Below, piece after piece: positions 57,509 to 64,000 of a stretch of 64,000 nucleotides of DNA. Positions within the stretch are counted from its first letter, which is position 1. Each line of letters opens with the position of its first letter. The translations under genes were made by a program, and so were the position numbers. The notes under the pieces are model-generated. The model ran no database searches, was not told the origin of the DNA, and saw nothing but the letters and a program-made list of their open reading frames with translations. This stretch comes from Clostridia bacterium (GTDB lineage Bacteria; Bacillota; Clostridia; Lutisporales; Lutisporaceae): positions 3,169 to 67,168 of the forward strand of contig JAQSYD010000024.1 in assembly GCA_029256325.1 (NCBI GenBank), read 5' to 3'.

Positions 57509-58327
57509 TTACTGCTTTTCGTTCATTAAAATAGCAGTCTTTTCAATTAAGTTATACCCATATTGCTCCGGCAAAATGTGTACTCTAACGTTAGTCAATG
57601 CCAGAGGATCGTTGGGATATTGCTCTGAAATATTTGTATATTCTATATCTTTTCCGTCTACGACTGTGACGACACCATTTCCGATTACGGAAAATCTTTC
57701 ATTACAATCTACTACAATAGCTGTATCTTCATCAATGCCTATTCCTATAATATTGGGGTTTTGTGCGACTCCTGCAAAGAGTCTTCCTATTCGACCCCGC
57801 TGATTAAAATGCTGATCAATGATTACACCCTTTATCAAGCCCATGCCGGGAGCCAGTTTAATCGTACATTTCGTAGGGGCCTCTTGGTCTTCGCCCTCTA
57901 CGATCATGATCTCACTCATCATGGATGCGCCTGCACTGGTACCGGCTATTACTCTTCCTTCAGAACAAAAGCTGTGAATAAGCTCATGAAAATCTGTTCC
58001 TCCAATGATACTGGAAATTCTAAGCTGATCACCGCCTACAAAGAACAAACAAGTGTAATCTAAAATTTTTTCCACATTTCCATGAATCTCTGATGTCTTT
58101 CTACCACATATATTAATTGTATTTATTTCTTTAGCTCCTAAATTTTTAAATATGTTTTCATATTCTTGCCCTACCTCTTGAGGAAGCTTCGTAGCCGTAG
58201 TTACAATGCCAATTTTAGCTTCCTTCCCGCCAGCAAGCTTTACCAATTCCTTTAGTATAACTTTGTCCTCTTTTTTGTCTTCTCCCCCACCTATTATTAC
58301 CAATTTAAAGTGATTCTTTTCATGCAT
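57509..58327 (-). CDS. cphB: Cyanophycinase (peptidase S51)
   Basis: VIIGGGEDK N-terminus and catalytic Ser context GTSAGASMM. I place the start at the ATG at 58327 (RBS AAAGGTGGAGA), not the upstream TTG at 58369. Confidence 0.9.
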   Translation of the reverse strand: MHEKNHFKLVIIGGGEDKKEDKVILKELVKLAGGKEAKIGIVTTATKLPQEVGQEYENIFKNLGAKEINTINICGRKTSEIHGNVEKILDYTCLFFVGGDQLRISSIIGGTDFHELIHSFCSEGRVIAGTSAGASMMSEIMIVEGEDQEAPTKCTIKLAPGMGLIKGVIIDQHFNQRGRIGRLFAGVAQNPNIIGIGIDEDTAIVVDCNERFSVIGNGVVTVVDGKDIEYTNISEQYPNDPLALTNVRVHILPEQYGYNLIEKTAILMNEKQ

Positions 58328-58584
58328 TTCGCTATATCTCCACCTTTCGCTATCGTATATTTTTTGCAAAAGTTTTTATAATATGCCTAAACTTTATATA
58401 GTATAGCAACTTACTCGAATAAAATGGAAAATTTCAGTAAAATCTGCTTCAGCTTATTCTAATTTTCTCCATGAAAAATAGTTTAAATTCTAAAATTTGT
58501 AGTTTTTTTTGCCGCTGTGATATAATTATCATAGTTAAATCTATGGAATATTTTGTTTTTTAATTTCTGTATTTGGAGGTCAGT

Positions 58585-59298
58585 ATGATTAGAACTATTT
58601 TATGGTACACAAATTTTGCATTAAGTTTAGTCGCAAAAATTCCACAAGGATATAAGGTAAAAAGCTTATTGAATTCAGGTAAGATTTCTGAAGCTGATGC
58701 TTATGTACATAAAGCAGCATCAAGGTGGGCAATGTCTCACGTTAAAATGAGCGGCGCCAAGGTAAAGGTATTTGGAGAAGAAAATATACCCGCCGACATT
58801 CCGGTACTGTTTATAAGCAATCATCAAAGTAATTTTGACATTGCTTTGTTTATGAGCTATATCAACAAGCCCAAGGGTTATATTTCAAAAATCGAGATGA
58901 AAAAAATCCCTGTACTTCGTACTTGGATGGAATATATGCATTGCGTGTTCATGGAAAGAGGCAATCTGAGAAAAGCTGCAGAGGCCATAAATGAAGGAAT
59001 CAAAATACTTAAGAATGGGTATTCTATGGTATTGTTTCCAGAAGGAACAAGAAGTAAAGGAGATCATATGAATGAGTTCAAGGCAGGAGCTTTCAAGCTT
59101 GCTACCAAATCAAAGGTGCCGATCGTTCCAGTCACCATTAAAGGCTCATATAAGCTTATGGAGGCAAATAACAGTAAAATAAAGCCTGCTGAGGTAGAAA
59201 TGCATATTCATCCTATGATATATGTGGATCAACTTACTCGAGAAGAAGAAGGAGACCTGCCCGAAAAAGTTAAGGCTGTTATACAAAGCAAACTGTAA
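58585..59298 (+). CDS. plsC: 1-acyl-sn-glycerol-3-phosphate acyltransferase
   Basis: NHQSNFD (HX4D) and FPEGTRS motifs. The ATG at 58585 follows GGAGG. Confidence 0.9.
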   Translation: MIRTILWYTNFALSLVAKIPQGYKVKSLLNSGKISEADAYVHKAASRWAMSHVKMSGAKVKVFGEENIPADIPVLFISNHQSNFDIALFMSYINKPKGYISKIEMKKIPVLRTWMEYMHCVFMERGNLRKAAEAINEGIKILKNGYSMVLFPEGTRSKGDHMNEFKAGAFKLATKSKVPIVPVTIKGSYKLMEANNSKIKPAEVEMHIHPMIYVDQLTREEEGDLPEKVKAVIQSKL

Positions 59299-59302
59299 AA
59301 AT

Positions 59303-59345
59303 AAAGCACTATTTTCTATAACGTAGAAAATAGTGCTTTTTGTTG
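59303..59345. terminator. Bidirectional terminator between plsC and alr
   Basis: Perfect 16-bp stem aaagcactattttcta / tagaaaatagtgcttt followed by TTTGTTGTTG. Confidence 0.7.
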
Positions 59346-59348
59346 TTG

Positions 59349-60485
59349 TTATTTTTCATAATAGTAGTTCTTAGGCACACGATTTGTAATTCGCTGCAGC
59401 TGTTCATCTACTTCGGAGTTAAGGCCATAGCAGGCTTCCTCCCAAGTTATGCATTCACTGCCTTGATGACCCACCAATACAGCTTCATCATATTCTTGAA
59501 CATTGCCCTCCACATCCGTTATATCAGCTTCAATACAGTCCATTGCATAATTAACAATAGGAACCTTTTGTCCATGTATCAGTATATTCTTCCAGCCCCT
59601 TGATACTCCGTCTCCATAGCCTCCTGCGATTACGGCAATACGACTCTTCCTTGAGGCTATATGCTTATCTCCATAACCGATAGGCTGTCCTGTTTGAACT
59701 TCATTTATTTTTATGACTCGACTGGCAAAGGAGGTTAAAGGCAGCACGCCCTCAGGCAATATCTTTTTCCCTTTTAAATACTCCTCCCCATAAAGCAAAA
59801 TTCCGCAGCGTATCATGTTGTAATGAGCTTCCGGATAAATAAGTATACCGCCCGTTGCGGCTGCGTGAGCTAGAGGCGGACGAAATCCTTCCTTCTCCAG
59901 CATTCCTAATAACTCATTAAATATTGCAATTTGAGTGTCTGTAAAGGATTTATTGAACTCAGGATCCCTGAAGTGAGTATATATGCCCTCAATCTCTAGA
60001 TTATCACAGTTGTCTTTTATATTCTTTATAAATTCCAAGACCTTATCCGGCTCTATTCCAAACCTATTCAGACCTGTATTCACCTTTATATGCACCTGAA
60101 TAACCTTATTGCAGCCCTTTGCGCACTTGTTAACCTCATATGCTGTTGCTTCATTATCCAGCATTATTGTTAACTCATTCATGACAGCTTCCGCAGCCTG
60201 GCTTGGCATAATTGGTGCCAGCATCATAATAGGAATCTTGATACCTGCCTCCCTCAAAGCTATTGCTTCAATGATACGCACAACACCAAGACTATGACAG
60301 CCAAACTCCTCTAAAGCTTTCGCTATGGGTACAAGCCCGTGTCCATAGGCATTTCCTTTAACCACAGCCATAAACTTGACTTCCCGTTTTAATAACCCTG
60401 AAATAATCTCAATATTTCGACGCAGCTGACTCAGGTTAATATCTAATCTGATTACCTCTTGAACTCTGTTTACCATTTCTCTCAT
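59349..60485 (-). CDS. alr: Alanine racemase
   Basis: 378 aa with the PLP-Lys motif AVVKGNAYGHG and a C-terminal beta domain. Confidence 0.9.
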   Translation of the reverse strand: MREMVNRVQEVIRLDINLSQLRRNIEIISGLLKREVKFMAVVKGNAYGHGLVPIAKALEEFGCHSLGVVRIIEAIALREAGIKIPIMMLAPIMPSQAAEAVMNELTIMLDNEATAYEVNKCAKGCNKVIQVHIKVNTGLNRFGIEPDKVLEFIKNIKDNCDNLEIEGIYTHFRDPEFNKSFTDTQIAIFNELLGMLEKEGFRPPLAHAAATGGILIYPEAHYNMIRCGILLYGEEYLKGKKILPEGVLPLTSFASRVIKINEVQTGQPIGYGDKHIASRKSRIAVIAGGYGDGVSRGWKNILIHGQKVPIVNYAMDCIEADITDVEGNVQEYDEAVLVGHQGSECITWEEACYGLNSEVDEQLQRITNRVPKNYYYEK

Positions 60486-60510
60486 CCATACCTCTTCTTA
60501 ATTTTAATAC

Positions 60511-60819
60511 TTAAAATGGAAGTCCAATTATAGCACAGGCTCCAAATAGTAAAAGAAAAAGCAATAGTGGGCTAATAAAAACCAGCATTGTAATGGCGGC
60601 AGCCATATAGCCTGTTCTAAAAAATCTTACTATTAAGAAGCCAAACACACCTAATATGATAAAAGCCATAATTGAAGTGACAATCATAGTATTAGCCACA
60701 TTAGCAATTCCTATTGTTAGCGCATAAGCAACGACTGATATGCCAATACCAATTAGAACCTGTATGATTGTTTTTGGTTTGTTCTCTAAATTATTGGAGT
60801 TGTTTGGATTGTCGTTCAT
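60511..60819 (-). CDS. Small membrane protein, unknown function
   Basis: 102 aa with an Asn-rich N-terminus and three hydrophobic helices. It overlaps the lgt 3' end by 29 nt. Confidence 0.5.
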   Translation of the reverse strand: MNDNPNNSNNLENKPKTIIQVLIGIGISVVAYALTIGIANVANTMIVTSIMAFIILGVFGFLIVRFFRTGYMAAAITMLVFISPLLLFLLLFGACAIIGLPF

Positions 60820-61576
60820 ATCTTTTACCCTTCTTTCCTAATATTAAATTAAATATTTCCTTGCGATTGATATAGATCAAACTGATAACACATAATAGTT
60901 GAAAATCTGTCAGCCCCAGGCTGGAAATCTTCTCCACCCGAATAAACTCTAATAGAAATCGAAAACTCAAATAGCTGTTTAAAAATGTTCTGAATAACTC
61001 ACCAGGCTTAAGCTCCTTCTTCTTTTTCCAAATCAGGAAACAAACCAATGAAAGGTCAAATATAATCTCGTAAACCTGAGTAGGATGCCTAAATATATGA
61101 TCCCCAAAATCCACACCCCAAGGCAATGCTGTAGGTTGTCCATAGCAGCATCCTCTAAGCAGGCAGCCTATACGCCCAACTGCCATAGCAACCGCAACAG
61201 GTATGGCAAGCTGATTCCCCAATCTGTCCTTTATACCGAACATCTTCTTGGCCAGAAACGTTCCTGCCGCACCGCCAATGAGGCCCCCTACAATGGTTCT
61301 TCCTGATAATAGTATATTCAAAGAATCTGGGTTTGAATTCAGTTCATTCCAATAAATAAATATTAAGGGAAGCTTCGCTCCTATGGTCCCTCCAAATATT
61401 GCAAAGATTGCTATATATAATGCATTGGAGCTGCGTATGCCATCCTTCTTTAGCTGCCATACATAAACACCTATGCCTGTAGCGATGGCGATAAGAAGAA
61501 ATACCGGATAAGCTTCTACCGGATACTTGCCAATATAAAATAGTACAGGCTTCAACCCCCATGTTTCATCTAACAT
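60791..61576 (-). CDS. lgt: Prolipoprotein diacylglyceryl transferase
   Basis: 261 aa and polytopic, with an Lgt-like layout and motifs (GGLIGG, GRIGCLLRGCCYG, HPTQVYE). Confidence 0.85.
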   Translation of the reverse strand: MLDETWGLKPVLFYIGKYPVEAYPVFLLIAIATGIGVYVWQLKKDGIRSSNALYIAIFAIFGGTIGAKLPLIFIYWNELNSNPDSLNILLSGRTIVGGLIGGAAGTFLAKKMFGIKDRLGNQLAIPVAVAMAVGRIGCLLRGCCYGQPTALPWGVDFGDHIFRHPTQVYEIIFDLSLVCFLIWKKKKELKPGELFRTFLNSYLSFRFLLEFIRVEKISSLGLTDFQLLCVISLIYINRKEIFNLILGKKGKRYERQSKQLQ

Positions 61577-61608
61577 CGTATATCCTTTCTATTATGTAGC
61601 AATATATT

Positions 61609-61765
61609 CTTTACCTAAGGAACGAATTTGCTTACGATAGCTTCAGTAGCATCAGAAGCCTTGCTTTGTGGGCTGTAGCTCTGGAGTTCAACAAAGCAAT
61701 CTTCTTCAGAGGTATGCCTTTAGGGCAATGAAGCTTTACTCCAGCAAGTTATTCCTTATGTAAAG
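61609..61765 (-). ncRNA. Conserved ~160-nt multi-stem element, copy 2
   Basis: Paralogous to 45340..45500 in the same orientation relative to the downstream gene. It lies 33 nt upstream of the lgt start and 22 nt downstream of the DUF4395 stop. Confidence 0.45.
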
Positions 61766-61786
61766 TGTTTGTTATTTTATATGTTC

Positions 61787-62254
61787 TTAACTGCTTTGAT
61801 ATTTCTTAACCTTCTTACCTACTCTGCAGCATTGTCCATTTGGGTTATTCAAACAAGAGTATAGCTTCATTGCACCACAATAGCCCATAGCACCGGAGGT
61901 TTTAAGCAAAGCCAGTATGCCTGTTATGATCCAGCCTGTCAGGGGATGTATAAAGTATAAAAATATCAAGGCGATCCCCGAAAATACAGCGCCTACAATG
62001 TGTGCAAATCTTACTGCTCTTTCATCCAGTATAATCCTTTTTGATTTGATAAAATAATCTGCAGTTCGTGTAAATAACATAACCAATGGTGCTTTCTTTA
62101 CCTTAAATATTGCTGATAAAACCAATATTGCAAAGCATATACCTACCAGAAGCTTACTCTGCACGATTATGGAAAGCCATAGCAAGGTTGCAATTCCATA
62201 TTTGCAGAAATTAAAAGCCCCATTGGATACCTCTACCGGTCTATACTCCTTCAT
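61787..62254 (-). CDS. DUF4395-like membrane protein
   Basis: 155 aa with four hydrophobic helices and a Cys-rich C-terminus (YCGAMKLYSCLNNPNGQCC). Confidence 0.6.
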   Translation of the reverse strand: MKEYRPVEVSNGAFNFCKYGIATLLWLSIIVQSKLLVGICFAILVLSAIFKVKKAPLVMLFTRTADYFIKSKRIILDERAVRFAHIVGAVFSGIALIFLYFIHPLTGWIITGILALLKTSGAMGYCGAMKLYSCLNNPNGQCCRVGKKVKKYQSS

Positions 62255-62874
62255 TCTCCGTCGTCCTTTCTTGTTCTTATCACAGGAAAAAACATTCCTG
62301 TCTGCCCCATATATTTCTTATATTGCGGAAACCGCTGCAGAAGTAAGACTTCCTCCTGCCTGGCACGATAGTACATAAAGGGTATGAATATCAAACTTAC
62401 AGCTGTAAATGCCGTGATATTTCTATACGCCAGACAGCCTCCGTATAGCATCAGCATGATCGATGCATAAAGCGGATGACGTACAAGCCTATACATACCC
62501 CCTTGCACTAAGGTGTGCTCTTCATAAATTTTTATATGATTTGCCCAATTACTTCCTAGATTAAATCTACCTGCGACGTTTGCTGCACAGCCTATCATTA
62601 TCATTGCTGTACCTAAAACTGCCATAAGCTGTTTCACCAGCTGTGAAGATATATCAATTGTCCCTGTTTTACCAGCTAAAATCAAATAATATACAATGAA
62701 AAAAAAGGTCATTGTTCCTGTTTCAACGATGGATTTTTTTTCTTTTTGTACATGATGACTTCGTGAAAATATCATAAAATCAATAAAAACGGATAGGAAC
62801 AGTGCAAGGACACAGATCGATATAATAGCTTGAATGATGATGTTAAAGGGCTGCTGGTTTAATGCTTCCATCAT
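62251..62874 (-). CDS. ICMT/PEMT-family membrane methyltransferase
   Basis: 207 aa and polytopic, with the C-terminal RHPLYAS motif region typical of isoprenylcysteine carboxyl / phospholipid methyltransferases. It has 4-nt overlaps with both neighbours. Confidence 0.75.
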   Translation of the reverse strand: MMEALNQQPFNIIIQAIISICVLALFLSVFIDFMIFSRSHHVQKEKKSIVETGTMTFFFIVYYLILAGKTGTIDISSQLVKQLMAVLGTAMIMIGCAANVAGRFNLGSNWANHIKIYEEHTLVQGGMYRLVRHPLYASIMLMLYGGCLAYRNITAFTAVSLIFIPFMYYRARQEEVLLLQRFPQYKKYMGQTGMFFPVIRTRKDDGE

Positions 62875-64000
62875 AGGGACGATCCCTTTCTATGAATCGT
62901 ATTGTATGCAGAAAAAGGGATCTTCCTTAGATCCTTCGTTATTACGTGCACACATTCTTTTTGCATGGATTTCATATCAAAATTATAAGCATCTAAAAAC
63001 GAGCTTACACTGATACGAAATGTGTTTTGATCCACATACTCAATCTTTTGCATCTTGGATTTCTTGAAAAAATCAAGAGGGATAATTTTTCTAAAATCAT
63101 TTAAAAACTTAAAGCAGTCACAGCTTGTATTCAAGTCTAACAGGCTTCTGCCTGCATTTTTCAGTGCATCCTCAATGGTATAAACAAAGGTATTATTAAT
63201 CAAATGCAGATATTCTTGAATCCTTGCATCTCTTGTGATAGGTACAAATCCTCCCTTAGAAGACCTGTACATATAGGTTATAGCTACTCTTTCTACATTG
63301 CAGGGCAGCGGAATAAAATCATCCAATCGCAGCATGCCGCTGGTTTGCTGTTCCATCCTCTTTAGTATTCCAGACAAAGTCACCCTATTTTGTTCCGCTG
63401 TTTGGTCTGTTCTGCCAAAGAAGGCGACAGGCTGAAAGTTGATTCCTCTAACATAGGGCTGCTTCAAACCATAAGAAAATATCTCTCCAATTTCGTCATC
63501 ATTGATCCCTGCTGATATACTCGATACAAGAGTTGTAGGTATTTTATGCTTTCCAAGACTGTCAATTGCCTTTTGCTTTTTAGAAAATACGTTTTCACCT
63601 CTAAGCTTTTGATATGTAGCAGATTTAAAGCCGTCAAACTGAAGGTATACTTCAAAACCTCCCACAAACTGCTGCAGTTCTTTTACGAACGCCTCATCCT
63701 CTGCAATTCTAATCCCATTTGTATTCAACATCACATACTTAAATTTCTTGGCCTTAGCCATTTTTAAAATACTAATTATATCTGGATGAAGCGTAGGCTC
63801 TCCTCCGCTTATTTGAAGTATCTCTGCCTGATTTCCCTCTGAATCCTGTAAGAAGTCCATCATCTTTTCTATATGGTCTAAGGCCAGGAATTCTCCATCT
63901 CCTGCATCGGCATAGCAGAGAGGACACCTTAAATTACATTTATTTGTAACCTCAATAAGTCCAATACATGCATGTTGATCATGCTGTGGGCAGGTACCGC
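62871..64000 (-). CDS. Radical SAM enzyme (N-terminus beyond the right window edge)
   Basis: The reading frame is open to position 64000: ...GTCPQHDQHACIGLIEVTNKCNLRCPLCYA... The CX3CX2C motif lies at ~63913-63937, followed by ISGGEPTLHP. Confidence 0.85.
   Translation of the reverse strand, partial: GTCPQHDQHACIGLIEVTNKCNLRCPLCYADAGDGEFLALDHIEKMMDFLQDSEGNQAEILQISGGEPTLHPDIISILKMAKAKKFKYVMLNTNGIRIAEDEAFVKELQQFVGGFEVYLQFDGFKSATYQKLRGENVFSKKQKAIDSLGKHKIPTTLVSSISAGINDDEIGEIFSYGLKQPYVRGINFQPVAFFGRTDQTAEQNRVTLSGILKRMEQQTSGMLRLDDFIPLPCNVERVAITYMYRSSKGGFVPITRDARIQEYLHLINNTFVYTIEDALKNAGRSLLDLNTSCDCFKFLNDFRKIIPLDFFKKSKMQKIEYVDQNTFRISVSSFLDAYNFDMKSMQKECVHVITKDLRKIPFSAYNTIHRKGSSL

Noticed and set aside
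1-64000. tRNA, rRNA, transposase, integrase or prophage content
   Set aside because: Intergenic gaps are short and none shows a cloverleaf-compatible sequence or rRNA-like conservation. No ORF resembles a recombinase or phage structural protein.

Overview
Low-GC, Clostridia-like chromosomal segment, densely coding and mostly on the minus strand. I found no rRNA, tRNA, CRISPR array, transposase, integrase or phage genes. Left to right: a partial DEAD-box helicase and a truncated MGMT-like ORF; a BceRS/BceAB-type peptide-resistance module; a GNAT; an amino-acid ABC transporter; a sigma-54 EBP with a sigma-54 promoter driving aldehyde:ferredoxin oxidoreductase plus a MoaD/ThiF pair; a long LevR/sigma-54-controlled PTS operon (ptsH, IIB, disrupted IIC, GH4 6-phospho-beta-glucosidase, IIA, DUF871, nagA, nagB, ptsI); a GltD-like oxidoreductase; a TetR/polyferredoxin pair; a signalling cluster (membrane PAS kinase, CheR-type methyltransferase with an extra N-terminal domain, a 1155-aa hybrid kinase with three receivers, a REC-kinase); EamA, NhaC and MBOAT/DHHW genes; a YhaM/CyuA-family gene and an Fe-S protein; two tandem secreted proteins built from an unrecognised ~146-149-aa repeat, the second frameshifted; RNase Z, an S58 peptidase, an MFS transporter, cyanophycin synthetase and cyanophycinase; plsC, alr, lgt; and DUF4395, an ICMT-like methyltransferase and a partial radical SAM gene. 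The non-coding signals worth follow-up are a ~160-nt multi-stem element present twice (upstream of the CyuA-like gene and of lgt), with substitutions that preserve pairing; a REP-like palindrome family (GGTGCCTGGCACC plus CCTGATA arm) seen five times in the first 17 kb only; triple direct repeats upstream of both repeat-protein genes; and a TetR operator overlapping a promoter. All family calls rest on reading the translated ORFs and motifs. No database search was run.
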